Notes under the pieces: model-generated | Database searches by the model: none | What the model was told of the DNA's origin: nothing | Seen by the model: only the letters and a program-made list of their open reading frames with translations | Made by a program: the position numbers and the translations under genes | Shown: positions 1-12,330 of the stretch, piece by piece | Layout of the letters: every line of letters begins with the position of its first letter | Position numbering within the stretch: the stretch's first letter is position 1 | Origin: Raillietiella orientalis | Lineage: Eukaryota | Direction: 5' to 3' | Assembly (NCBI GenBank): GCA_036172245.1 | Contig: JAYWIR010000002.1 | Location: 310,001-374,000 of the forward strand | DNA: 64,000 bases

Positions 1-706
1 GTGCGCATTAGCCCCCGCTGCTCGCTTTCGATCGGTGGCCTTGACGCCTAGCCGCTCGCACATGCAGCTTCCTTCTTCTCGGCAATTACATGCTCTAATC
101 ACCACCGAGTGAGAGCACCGTGCCATGCTTTACGCACCTCGTCCGTGGGTCCCGCGGACGACGGTCTATTGGAAACCGCGGTGGCTCACGCCGGCGCGTC
201 TGTAGCGCTGCCTGACACGTCCTCCTGCCTTCGGATGGGGGAGGAGTTACGTCGCCGATTTTTGGTTCTTTGCTTGGCAGTGCTGAACGCACGAGGAAGA
301 GTTCCATTCCTCCCAGGAGTTCAGGGGTCTTCTCATCCCGAGAGCGCTCTTAAGTCTCTCTTCCTCTCCTTGAAAGAGACTCTGCTTAAGGTGAACTTCC
401 CTCTCGAACGATTCCCAGAAGCACTTCTGGGGAAACACTTTCTTCATCCGGTTTGCGAGAACGCCTGCTTCCGTTTCCTTTGAGGTGGCAAATCCCTAAC
501 GTCTGCACGATGCGATCCCTCCTTCAGAGGTTTGCGTCCTCATTGTTTTTGGCCACATCCAGGTTTCCGAGGCCGTGTCCACGAGTGTTCGCGAGGACCA
601 CCTCTTTCTTTCCATTTGCTTTCATTACTACAACGGTGCGGCTGTTTTCCGGAGGACCAGCAACTCTGCAGGACTTGGTCCCACGAGCGGGAGACCGCAA
701 CCATAA

Positions 707-1402
707 GCCCGCGTCGGAGGCCACGTGGTCACGGTATCCTCCGTGGCACCAAGCGTCGTGGGTCCGAATACTCGGAAAGAATCGATGCCGAGAGATGAAG
801 GTGCGTCATGGGTTCCAATTCCTCCTGCAAAATGACGCTGGTGGGCCTCGCCTCAGGTGCGGCACTGGTAGCTGAAAAACCGGATCTCATTTCCTGCTGA
901 GTAGCCAGGATTGGAAGTTGACCCTCTCGGGTCCTTCCAGGAAACAGAATCAAGGAGTTCGGTTCCCTTCAGGGGTTTCCCCTCCGGTTGTGCAAAGGAG
1001 AGAATCCTCACCCCTTCGGTGAGGACCCTCTGCCTGCACCTTGGAGCTGGTGGATTGATGCTGCGTCTCCAGTATGCAAAGAAGCGCTCTGCTCTCTTCA
1101 GGGAGCGCCCTCCAGAGAAAATTCGGAAGCGTCCCTTCGGGGTTCTCTTCAGAGGAGTAAACAACAGAGGTTTTCTTACAGATTTCCTCTGGAGAAGAAA
1201 TTCCTAATAGCGGACCCTTTTCGGGTTCCCTTTGGAGAAGAAAAAATGGAGCGAACCCCTCCGGGGTCCCTTTGGAGAGAATAAGAAAGGAGATTCCCTT
1301 CAAAGTTCCTTCCCCAGGCGTGAGGGGAACGGACTCCCTTATCCGGAGCCCTTCCTGGATTCATAAGGAGGTCTTCCCTTGGGTACCCCCCATCTTGAAG
1401 AA
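707..1402 (+). mobile_element. tRNA-derived SINE, near full-length copy (~700 bp)
   Basis: Head GCCCGCGTCGGAGGCCACGTGG...GTGGCACCAAGCGTCGTGGGTCCGAATAC carries a degenerate B-box. The body and the 3' end (GGGTACCCCCCATCTTGAAG) align by eye with copies at 6.5-7.1, 15.2-16.4, 43.6-44.1 and 50.0-50.5 kb. Confidence 0.75.
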
Positions 1403-2704
1403 CCCTTCTTCGCCGTCACTTAAGCAAGAGTCGCAAGCCTTCTTCCAGGGTTTTGCTCTGCAAATGGGCGAAGGCAAGAGCGGAACGCCGCCAGAGGCGC
1501 CCTACGCGGGAGCCATGCATGAGCTCGTGTCTCCGGATGGACTGCTGCGGCTTGCGCACGATACGGAACTGGCGACCGTCGGTTCGCGCCTAACCGACGC
1601 AGCAGCTCTCTTGTCGTTGGTTGCCAGGTATGACGTAGACATTTTCCTCGAACAGCATCTCCTTTTCCACAGCCATTCCTAAAGTACAGTGAATTGGCTC
1701 TTTGGCATCGCCTCAAGGCAAATCCCTGGACAATTCGCCCACGGTCCACCGATGGTTCGTCGACCTATTTCCGATTTCGAGAGAAAGATGTGAGAAAGAT
1801 GTTATTTCGAATGTGTAGCAACTCTCCTGACTCTGTTCTTCTTTCTTCCCTTCGCTGCCAACTGTGTGGCCAATTCAGCTTCCAGAGTGGCTCGTGGGTC
1901 AATTCTCATGGACTTCCTCCGTTCGGATGCTGTGCCTGAGTGTCGCTCGCAGTCGCGCGCATCCAAAGAAACTCCGAAAAGATGCAAAAATCTTCTTGAA
2001 GAACCAATCTATCCAACCCCTCCACGAGGGAAACCCACGTGATTGTCATCATCCTAATGCTGTCGCTATTACTCATCTTGACGGAATCATCTCGCTTCCT
2101 CCACAAGCTACCCATCACTCTGCAATGGCATATGATTCAAGCGATTTGCTGACCAATGAGCCGTCCCTTCTTTCCGTCCACTTCTTCTCTGAGATCATCG
2201 GAAAGATGTTCCCTCTCGGAAATTTTTAGGTGCCGCCTGCCCTGTGGGCGGGCTTCTTGTCTTCTCGGCTCCTTGAAGTGTTTCCCTTTCTTCATCTCGC
2301 AGACGGATAGAGTCTCTCCGGATTATCGACAAGATGTGAGCGGTTCGTTTCGGCGAGACCTACTTTGCTGCCGCTTCCCTTTCCTCACTTTCCAGCCCTT
2401 TGGTGGATCACCTGCCATTTCCTAAGCATTTCTTCACGTTCCGGATCTTTGTCTTGAACATCGTTCGTTGCTACTCCGATGGTGGTTGTTGCAATTACTG
2501 TGCTTTAAATGCACCGCGGGGGAAACCCCTCCTTCCAAAATGGGCCGCGTATCCATTCAAAAAGCGTTTCTGTGCAACAGATTCGTGCACAAAGAATGGC
2601 TACTTCTAAACGTCTGCCCTCCAGGTTCACGGCCCAAGAGAACACAGAGGATTCCTGAGAAGCTAATGGTACGGAGACCACTTGTGACTTTTTTAAAAAG
2701 AAAA

Positions 2705-2745
2705 ATGTTCCCTAGAGCCACCACAGTGGTGGCTCTAGGGAACAT
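2705..2745. repeat. perfect 41-bp palindrome (20-bp arms, 1-nt loop)
   Basis: ATGTTCCCTAGAGCCACCAC-A-GTGGTGGCTCTAGGGAACAT; all 20 pairs checked. Confidence 0.95.
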
Positions 2746-2950
2746 ACGTGTTGTACTTTGGGCGAAGACTCGGCGGTTATCAATGCAAATGCTAAACTCC
2801 CCTCCTCAGTTCGAACTCCTTTCGTTCTCTTATCGTCTGGTTGTTCCTCCGCGGATTTTTCCCAACTGCATCTCGGATGGACGAGTGAGCTGAAGAACTT
2901 GTGCTTGTCGCGGAAAAGAGCTCCCGGCTACTAGCATGAAGCCAGAAGTG

Positions 2951-3496
2951 GGTTTGGTTCAAAATCCCAGCGCGCCGAATATCTATCTATCCATATATGC
3001 ATTTGTACATATTTATATTATATATATATCGATGTACATAATAAACATATATGTTTATTTTTTATCTTCCTTAACATGTACAGAAATATATAATGAATGT
3101 GTCATTAGTTATATTAATAATACGTATCTTAATAAATATTTGTATCTTCATACGTTCAAATAATATTAACATTTATAATATTTATGTTTAAAATAAATAT
3201 GAGTGCTTATTATGTACATTAATATATATCTGTATTTGTAGATTAATATACAAATTTCTTTCAACAGATATAATTATCAATGTTTATTATCATCTTCATA
3301 ATATACTAATCTATCTATCCTTGTATTAATATGTAATAAATAACTTGTTAATTAAGTTAATAAGGAATACGTGTGCTAATAAATGCGAGTACGTATGTTA
3401 AAATAATTTTGCATGTTAATCCGTATATAATAAGCACATATGTTTATCTTTTGTGATCTTTCAGGATTTTGATCGTTTGGGATTTCGATCGGCACC
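2951..3496. mobile_element. AT-rich MITE-like element (MULE-like ends)
   Basis: Sharply bounded AT-rich island. Imperfect TIRs GGTTTGGTTCAAAATCCC / revcomp GGTGCCGATCGAAATCCC match 13/18. The flanks CCAGAAGTG (2942-2950) and CCAGAAAGTG (3498-3507) resemble a 9-10-bp TSD. Confidence 0.5.
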
Positions 3497-3582
3497 TCCA
3501 GAAAGTGACCCTCTGATTAGAAGCAATTGCCAGTGGGAGCAATCTGGGAGTTCAGATAATCGGTGGAAGTGCCAATGATTTT

Positions 3583-4640
3583 TACCCGGTGACGCCGGGC
3601 CGTTTGTTTAGAAGATAAATCACAAATCAGAGGGGGCGGCGTCGCCTGAATACAAGAGATGCCCAAAAAAAAAAAAAAAAGGAAGTTCATTGGGGATGAC
3701 CACCGGCACGCGGGCAGGCTTCCAAAAAGTTAGGAATGGAAGGAGGAAACAATGGATAAATAAAAAAAGACGGGAGGGTGGGGGCAGGGGTCTTTGGTTT
3801 TGTTCGTTCGTTCCTTTCTAGAAGCGGCTGTGTATGGTGGCGATCTCGCTGATGACCTCTTCTGGCAGATGGGGCCATCTTGCAGCTGCCCTCATAAAGG
3901 CGGCTGCCATGTTGGTGGCCTCCCTTTGCTGTGAACGAGACTCCGGCACATGGCGGACTGTCACCATGGCGCGGATGCAACAGATGATTGCGATGGCAGG
4001 CCCGTCTTCAGCCCACCTTGAGTGAACGAAGAAGCACCGCAGCAATTCCGAAACGCAGTCGAGGAAGTGCCGAAACAAGTCCTCCAGGGCACTGCAGTCC
4101 AACAGGAGGTGTGGGAAAGATTCCACCGCTCTGCAACCGTAACAATTTGGGGAGGCAACTTCCCTCGGAAACCATGCGCCTGCGCCGGTTGCACAGGAAT
4201 CTCCAGTGTCGAAACAGTAGGATATCCGGTTCCCAATGGAGTGGGAACACGGAGGTGCCCGCAAACAGGGAAGGAACCACAACTTTTTCGGGAGCCACAT
4301 TCGAAAGGAGGTCGCATCACCGAAGGACTCCCTACTCCCGGAAACGAGGAGTGGCGCCGTCCACAAGCGCTCTCGTCTTGCGGGCATCGAGGAGTTTCTC
4401 GGCCCTTGCAATTTCGCGGGATAACTAACCCCGTCGGTTGGCTGCTGCCAACCAGTTAGGCTAGAAGTGACGTCTGAAGCGTCGACAACGCGAGCCCTCT
4501 CTGTCCATCTGTCAGCAAGACATGTGAGCTCCATAACGAGAGAAGAGGAGCTCCACTCGTGCGCCAAAGACTGACAAGTGCTACGAATCCAGGACCGGAA
4601 TCCCATCTCTGAGAAGCACCGGAGGCTCTGGTTCATCCAC
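3583..4640 (-). mobile_element. L1/Tx1-like LINE 3' fragment (zf-RVT C-terminus + 3' UTR), subfamily alpha
   Basis: ORF 3818..4636 contains CYGCRAVESFPHLLLDC (CxxC..E..HLLxxC zinc-binding motif of non-LTR ORF2) and ends RWPHLPEEVISEIATIHSRF*. The terminal stem-loop motif lies at ~3584-3610. Confidence 0.75.
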
Positions 4641-5459
4641 TGACCTCAGAAAACGCTTCCTTTATCCCACACTCCGACACTATACCTTGCTTCTTCGTTA
4701 TCCATTTCGTGAGACCTCATCGACGAGACTTTCGGTTGTCTCGGGCACTCCTTAGAGGGGCAGAGCTGTTTCCAAATGCTTTTTGGCATTCTTCGTCCGT
4801 TCTGCGCCTTCCTTCACTCCGATTACGTCACAGAATCCGCTTGTACCACTGCCATCTTCCGGAACACCTATCGTTGACGAAATGCAATTCTGAAGTGCTC
4901 TTCTACTAGCCCAAGAAGTCCTGCATTCCAACTCTTTGCCTGCCTGTACTGCACGGATTGTCGGAGCGCCGGCTGCGAATGCAGGAAGCTCTCTACAATC
5001 CCACCATTCCCTTGTGCTTGGAGTCCCGGAAACGGCTAATGTGTGCAAGATTCATCGGGGGGAGCAAGCGCCTTCATCCGCGACTGTGGACCACCCTCCT
5101 TCCATTCTTCCCGCGCAGTCGTCTCGAACTCGGCAGTTGAGCCGGGCCTTGCTGCAGCACAAGGAACAGAGCTGTTTGAGGAGAGTGACATCTCCCTCCG
5201 CCCTCGCTGAAACTCAATCCCAGCCGGGATCACGTACCTGGAGCTTCAGACCGAACCAACATCGCTGACTCGTGGAATTTGGCTAAGCACTGGTTCTCTT
5301 AGTCGCAGACAACGAAAAGCCTCAGTTCGCCTCGAAGGACGGAGCTGAGGGAGTGGAAACGCTCCTCTCTCTCTCCGTTGCCATGTACTCGAGAGCCGTT
5401 AGGCTAGGGGCTCACGAATCTCTCTAACGATGTTCCATGTCAGCCGAGGGTATGCATAA

Positions 5460-5577
5460 CTCTTCAGGTTAGGAGGTGTCCCGGGAGGGAACCACCCTCT
5501 GAATCTAGGAAGGCTTCCGCGGGAAGGAGCCCTCTCTCGCGCCTGGGAGGGAACACCCTCGCTCTGGTTGTCTCCGA
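5460..5577 (-). mobile_element. SINE 3' fragment
   Basis: Revcomp ...AGCCTTCCTAGATTCAGAGGGTGGTTCCCTCCCGGGACACCTCCTAACCTGAAGAG matches the SINE 3' end at 1300-1402 and 50410-50533. Confidence 0.6.
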
Positions 5578-6300
5578 TTTGCACCCGGACACGCTGAAGC
5601 GCTTATTAAAATTAAAAATGACTTCGCAGATTGTGGTAGAACACGCGGTGGTTTTATCATACTCCGTTTGTCCACGGACCTGCCTGGTCGCTGTTGCGCA
5701 GACCCTCGACAGCAGGGGGAGAGGAAAAAACAAAAAGAAAAAGAAAGAGCAAATAAAATTTTTTGGGAAGGTCAGGATGACTGCTTACTTGAGGGGGTCC
5801 TCTGCATCCCTTCCAGGATGCTAGCTTGTCCATCCGAATAGGTCCTAGGTGAGGTCATCTGGCAGCTGAAGGCGAGCTGCGAACTGGACGGAGTCCCTCT
5901 CCTTTCTTCTTCCACTGTCGGCTTCTCTCCAGCCCGCTGTGATCGTGCGGATACAGCCAAGCGCTGCTGGGGCAGCTGCTGGCTGCAGGGCGTCCCACAC
6001 AAAGAGGAGCCGTTAGACGTCCCTGGGATCCGGAGGGTCGTTCTGAAACGTTCCCTTAGGGACCGGAGGACAAGACAGTCCACAAGCAGGTGCGGGAGGG
6101 ACCCCTTTTCCCGCACTTGCGACCACAGTCCGGGCCCATGCTGTCCAGAGTCCAGTGGTGTCGGAGCATGTTGCAAGGAAGAGACCCCAGTGCAACAGCA
6201 GAAGTGCCGACTCCTGCCACTTCAGAAAGGGGGAGAGCTGCTGTTCTTCAGCACTGGGGCCACTACAGGTCTTCGCTAAGAATTCCGGGGCAGCTCACCC
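5578..6300 (-). mobile_element. L1/Tx1-like LINE 3' fragment, subfamily beta
   Basis: Minus-strand translation includes EKGSLPHLLVDCLVLRSLRERFRTTL, homologous to ESLSHLLVDCAALRHLWERFGTTL at 44.8 kb. A decayed terminal motif lies at ~5581-5608. Confidence 0.7.
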
Positions 6301-6509
6301 CAGCGCTGTAGTTCTTGTGGAAGGGCACTCGGGATCGTAGCCATCTGCCATCTGCCCCATCCACTCATCAGCTTCCGCCTGTCTGTGATGTCTCAGGCGA
6401 CTCGCCACCTCGGTCATGGGTGTTGCCAAGTGCCCTCTTCAGGAAGGGTCTCACTGCAGCGAAGGTGGTCGTCTCTGCCCACGTGCTTCTGCTGGGACAA
6501 GGAGTTGGT

Positions 6510-7110
6510 TGCCACCAAAGGGAATCCCGAAGGGAACCTTTTCCTTATTCTCTCTGGAGAGACTCTCCTGAGGGAGGCACTCCTCATTTCTTTTCCAAAG
6601 GGGACACGGAAAAGATCCGCTCCTGGAATTTCTTCTTCGGAGGGCACCCGCGAAGGGATCTCTCCTTGTTGGTGCTGCTTCTCTGAAGAGAATCACGAAG
6701 GGACGCCTTCCAATTTCCCTGGAGGGCTGCTCTCCGAAGGGAGCAGTGCGCATCTTGAAACTCAAGAGAGGCATCAACCAGCTCCATGGTATGCGATGGA
6801 AAATCCTCCTCCGAGTGGGGTAACGACTCTATTCTCATAACCGGAGGGTAACCTCGAAGGGCTCCTTGATTCTTGAAAGGACCCCGGAGGGTCGACTTCC
6901 TATCCTAGCAGTCAACGGGGGCATTAGGGGTTTCCGGCTGCTTGCACCAGTGCCGCACTTGAATAGGCCAGTCAGTGTCGTCCTACGGGGGGAGGGGGAG
7001 TCGAAACTCAAAACGCACCCCCGTTTATCGGCATCGGCCCTTCCCCAGGCGGGGTTGGAACCCGCGACGCTTGGTGCCAAGAGCGGAGACTGAAGCCACA
7101 CGGTCGCCAG
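6510..7110 (-). mobile_element. tRNA-derived SINE copy
   Basis: Revcomp head TGGCGACCGTGTGGCTTCAGTCTCCGCTCTTGGCACCAAGCGTCGCGGGTTCCAACCCC; the body matches 707-1310. Confidence 0.7.
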
Positions 7111-10100
7111 AACCCCAACTCGAAGGACCGGATGGATCGCCGTCTTCTGCTTCTTGAGACCCAGCGCTCGAGAAATCCGCCTTGCTACCCTCGCCAACCG
7201 GTCAGTGTAGCTACGAAAAGCCAGCAGCTCTTTCTCCCAAACTGCTTTCTTCTTCGGGGGTCTCCAATAAAGTGCTGGCGTTTCGGGGAGGAGGAGAAGA
7301 AACTGGGGTCACCTGAAAGAAGGGTGGCAAACCCGTAGGGGCTCCCGCCGCCGCGTAGGCGGGCACGTGATCAACAGCGAGCCTCCCCTCTCTATGGAAC
7401 AGAAGACAAAAAACGTTTCCCGGAGGAGCTGCAATTCGGACCGGGGTGGATCCCCAACTGCAGCAAGAGTGGAAGAGTCACTCACGGAAAACAGAAAAAA
7501 AAAAAAAAAAAAGAGGGGGGGGGGGAGGTAAGGGGAGAGGGAGGAAAGGAGAGGGAAAAGCTCGAGGTCTTCTCGGGTGCGAATGTGGGCATCGTTTAAA
7601 CGTCCTTCGTGGACAATTTGCAAGCAATTAGGGGACGGATATTCTCTCGCGAGGGTGGTTGAACGGCAGCATCAGGAGCTCCGGAGCAGAGCTCGACAAG
7701 AAACTGCCAAATCGCAGGTGTGCTTGGGGAGGAGGGGGGGGGAGGAAACATCGACGCGTGAGGAGCCCGCGCTTCCCGGGGGGAAAATTCAAGACGTAAA
7801 GACCTCATTCAAAGAAGCAAGGGCTTTGCGCACGTCGCGCTCAGAAGGAAGGAGGAAAAGGAAACCACCTGAGCCATGAGATTTTGGGGAAAGGGGAAAG
7901 CAAAAAGTCTGCAAAAGCTGGAGGTGATCTGAGAGGCTGGATGTTCATCTCGCTGTGCATTCTCGGTCACTCTGGGGCAGCGGGGGAACCTCCCCCGGAG
8001 CAGTCGATCGCCCCGGATCACTCCTGGAGATCTGCCACGTGTCCCGGCACCTCTGCGTGCGCGAGAGGGATCTCTGAGCGCTCTCCAGTGGGACTCCTCG
8101 CGCAGGGCCGTCCGGCCCGAAAGGCGAAGTTCCGCCAGCCGACTCGCAGTGGCAGCCATCCGTCTCACCCCGCCCGGGGGCGAAAGGAAGGGAAGTAGGA
8201 AATTCACCGGCTTCCGGAAAGAACGGCGCACCCGCCAGCACCGGGGGGGGGGGGGGGGGGCGTCTCCAATCTCCTCTTCTCCCTCAGAATTTTCTCCCCC
8301 GGGATCGCCCTTGGCTTTCGCCGGTTCTGGACTGGAGAAGAGACCCCGCCGGCTCCCCCCGACCACTTCCAGGGTCACTCGCTGCCTCCAATTTCGGACC
8401 CGGTCGGAAGCGGAAGCAATTAGCATCGAGTGAGCGAGCACGGGTCTCGCCTGAGGCCCCGGAGATCCGAGCGGGGGTTGCGGGCTCAGCTCTCGCAACC
8501 GGCGAAGACCCGAGGGCGCGACCGGGGCGAGTCGCCTCCTTCCCTGCAGTCGCGCCATCTTTCCCCCCTCCCAAAGGGGAGAGCGGGGTTCGAGGAGGTG
8601 CGGCTGCGAGGAAGCGGCAACGCCGGGCTGCCAAGGTCTCCTCGCGTCAGAGGGCGGAGATGCTTCCTGCATCTGCGGGAGTGGATGCCCGGTCGAACCT
8701 CGAAAGGGCGCAGCGATTAGCCCGATGACTTTCAAGCCCGACTGGGCAGGAGCTCTCCTCTCATGGAAGAAGGAAGAGAAACGTGTTGCGTCCCGGAACG
8801 CGCGCGAAGACGGTCTCCTAGCATGGGAAGGAAGGATGGATCGCTTTGGGTTGAGGGAAGATTCTGGGAGCACCCTCGTCCCCTGCAAGAATGCGCTCGA
8901 CGGCTCCGCCTCGCTTGGGAATCTTCGCCGATCATTAGCGACCATCCCTGTCGGCTAGGAAAGGGGGGCGTGCAGCCTTCAACATTCCACCAGGACCCTC
9001 CATGACCATCGGAAAGGTTTGGAGGCAGATCCTCTTTCCTGCAGTCTCCCTACGGATCCCCACACCCTATGGAAAGGGGAGCGACGGCGAGCGAAGGAGC
9101 TTGCCTTGCGAGCCAGCGGAACCCGTGTGGAAACCCGAAACGATCCCTACCACTGCATCCCACCAGCATCCTGTAGGGAGAAGAAGACGATGTGCGGATT
9201 TCACAAGGAACGTGGAGCTCCGTGGGGCATCCCCAGGCTCAGATACGAGGACAGTTCGGTTGCCTGCTCCAAAAGCTGCTGCCTCTGGTTCGGAGACGGA
9301 CTTCAAAGGCATTGTGGTCTCCCTTCTCTTCCTCTTTAGCTGGGAGTGCATGAATTTCACAGACTGCTGAGGTGACCCGCAAAAGTCATGTGCACCAAGA
9401 AAAGGGGTGTCGAGTAGTGTGTCGGAGATGGGAAGAATCCCTCATGCGCATCCACTCAGTCGTTGACCGACAGTCAAACAACGAGGCGTCGAGCATGACG
9501 GCCCAGCAGCCCAGAGACCCGAGCAGCCGTTGCCCGGGGTCAGCTTCTCGCTTCGGTTGGACTCGGCGCCTCACGAAGCGAGCGAGCGCCATCGTTCGTC
9601 CCCCTCCCTGTTCCTTGCCACCACCCTCAGTCCTCTAGCACACGACCGGTGCTCAGCGCGTGGAAGCACCTCCATCCATTCCGGAACTGCGAAGTGCAGT
9701 GTGAGTTGCGTCTCCTGGTGAATAGGGGAGTCTTTCTCCGCTCATCCGCGAAGTGGGGGAGCAGAGCACGAAGTCGAGTTCTCGGAGGCGAGCCCAAGGT
9801 GCTGCAGTAGAAGAGCCTGCTGTTCTGCCTCGGGGAAAGAAGGCCCGGCGGGCACGCACCTCGGAGGGAATCCACAACGCCCCTCAGCCACCTCCCGTAC
9901 GAAGATCGAGGTTTCCCGTTCAGACGAGATGCTTCGCGAGCGGCTCCGCCTCCGCTTGCCAACCGTGGCTCGGGCGCGCTTCCTCGATTTCCAGCTGTGC
10001 AAGGGGGCGGGGAGATCCACGGTCGTCGTCCGGAGAAGCGACTTCGCAGGTGTCCTTCTAGCCTCTTGGAAAGTGTCCTTGCCGTGGTTGTCTCGGCCTC

Positions 10101-10230
10101 TCTGGCTGCAGGACGGCACCAGAACCTTGCCGGGATGGGGAGCAGCAGCCTCGGATGTCGGATCCCCTCTTGTGGCGCCCTTTTCGGTGCACCCAGCGAC
10201 AGGATGCATCACCCCACCTATTGAGCACCT

Positions 10231-10830
10231 CCACCGGGTCGTGCCGGAGCGTTCCTCGTGAAGGATGTGAATTCTGTCGATGAACGGTCCGGTGTTCCTG
10301 TACTGGCAGCACGACGCCACCACTTCCGGATGTTCCGTAGGAGTTCCCTGCAGCAGTCTCCAGAAGAGACCCCTTGCGCAAGGAAGTTGGGGGGACGGAG
10401 AATGAACAAAATACAAAAAAGCGTGAAATAAAAAGCACCAAAATGTTGGGTGGGCGAGAACGGAAAGGATCACAACTTGTTCCCTGACGGCAAGGTCCTC
10501 CCGGTTGTGCCTCAGGTGCTGCCGCGTTGCCGCGATCCTCAGGAACGATAGGACGAAGGAGATGCTGGCTTCTCGACGGCTCTTCCGGCCTCTGTCTGTC
10601 GTTTCTAGCCCCTATCGTCGGGGCTTCCAGCCGTTACGATTCCGCGAACGCAGCGCAAAAACGACGATCGTCGCGGCAGGCGTGAAGAGGCGCCTGAATG
10701 AGGCCCTCGGGTGGTCTTCTGGTAAGTTCAGGGACGTGGTGAGACACACACCGACCCACGCCGGCAGGCAACAAACTCCAGGAGCAGGTGCGGCGAGTTT
10801 TTCCCTTTTGCTGCCCTCGTCGCACGCAAT
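10231..10830 (-). mobile_element. decayed L1/Tx1-like LINE 3' fragment
   Basis: Frameshifted remnants (PHLLLE..., SFLRIAATRQHL) match the C-terminal consensus of the other copies. The terminal-like motif AACGCTCCGGCACGACCCGGTGG is at 10231-10253. Confidence 0.5.
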
Positions 10831-10889
10831 CTGAAATCGCGCTTACTCCGGTCCAGTAGTGTGGTTCCTACCTTTTGATTTCTTCACCT

Positions 10890-12330
10890 ATTGATCGCGG
10901 CAGATGAAAGGAGCTGGCAAGGGGTCTCGAGCAACTGGACGATCTCAGAAGTGCCGTTTCGCCTTTTTCTGGATCTTGTACTGCTCAGAGAAAGAGGGAT
11001 GATCCAGCTGGACGTCGTCTGCTTGTCCAAGAATACCTTTGAGGTGGTTGAGGAAGAAAGGAGACCAAATACAAGGATCTCACGGCCTCCTTGTAGACAA
11101 CGGATGTCTAGGTGGCCGCCCAAGCTGTCCGACAGTTGACTCTCTAAGGTTCTGGGATTTCCGAAATGAGGCGGTGCGAGATCCTGCGACTGCTCCTTGA
11201 CAAAACGAAACACCTGATGGTTGCTTTCCACATCCTTTCGAGATTGCAATATGCATTGGAACCGTGGATTAGGGCATCCTCCCGAGAAACATGGACGCCC
11301 AAGAAGAACTGGGACCAACCGGTTCCAGAGAGGAAGACAGCGATTCCATGACCTCATGTGGGCAGAACAAGACGGATGGGCCAGACGTGAGGATGAGATT
11401 GTGAAGAGTGAATAGATCGTGTCTCTGTATTCTAGGATCTCCGGTCACTGATAGTACGCGGCAGCTTCGCTTACATTCTTCCAATTTCCAGCACTTGCTG
11501 GAAATCATTTTCTTCGAATCTCAACGACTCCTTAATGACCCGAAGGTAGTTGCTCGTGCTGGTGCTTGGGTTGCCGAGATGCGCGCAAATGAGGAAGAAA
11601 ATCACCTTTAGTCTGCGCACCAGCCAGAGAGAGTAAGCATGGCTTTTCCTTGCTGAAAAGCACCTGGACCGAAGGAGGATCTTTGGAGACACCATTGTGC
11701 GCTAGCACATCTCTTGTTCCACCGTGAAAATCCACCAATTAAGCGAGTCTTCGATTTAATACCTGCACTAGCAGCTCCCATACCGACTGCATGCCCAGGG
11801 GGTTTGAAGTGGGAAGAGTCCCTTAACCACGTCCTCAAGAATTGCATCTCCGAACTCAGCCAGCTGCTTGGAGATGGAAACTTTCAAGAACCTGCTGCTG
11901 GAATACGATGACCTTCGGGGCACATGGAAACGGCTTGCGGCTGCCCAACTTCGATCTGACGACACTCCGGAAGAGCTGCTACGGTGCTGTTTCGAGCAGG
12001 ATGGGTTTTCACCTCCCCGACCGCCTCCAATTCTGCGTTGCGTCAGGAGGATCGTGGCGTCCCGGAACATGGAGGAGGCGCGTCATCAGGGAAAAAGGAC
12101 CAAATGCCTCAACTCCACAGCGACGAGGACTGAAGCCAAATGGTGTTTGAAAAATGCCAAGTGGAACAGGACGTCGCCTGCATCGCATGCAGATTCCAGA
12201 AGACTGGTGACCCCTGTTCCTTCTCCCTCTTGTTTGTTTATTTATTTATTGTCCTCTGCCCTGCACCCTTCCCTTCCTTTTGTTCAGCCAGTCTTTGTTC
12301 TTCAAGTCGCTGGTTTTCTTTCTCCCGAGA
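10890..12330 (+). mobile_element. decayed LINE ORF2 (RT thumb to C-terminus)
   Basis: Remnants resemble RT/post-RT motifs: VPFRLFLDLVL (cf. PLLFxLFLDPLL), a VDSL..VLGF thumb-like segment, KHLMVAFHILSRLQYALEPW, and ETFKNLLLEY (cf. ETxxHLLxxC). There are many stops and frameshifts. Confidence 0.55.

Noticed and set aside
2722-2728. RSS/Transib-like heptamer CACAGTG at the palindrome centre
   Set aside because: It follows from the palindrome symmetry; no spaced nonamer or transposase remnant was seen.
7809-8945. 378-aa minus-strand ORF
   Set aside because: Arg/Pro/Ser-rich with no recognisable domain and crossing homopolymer runs; typical of a GC-rich chance ORF.
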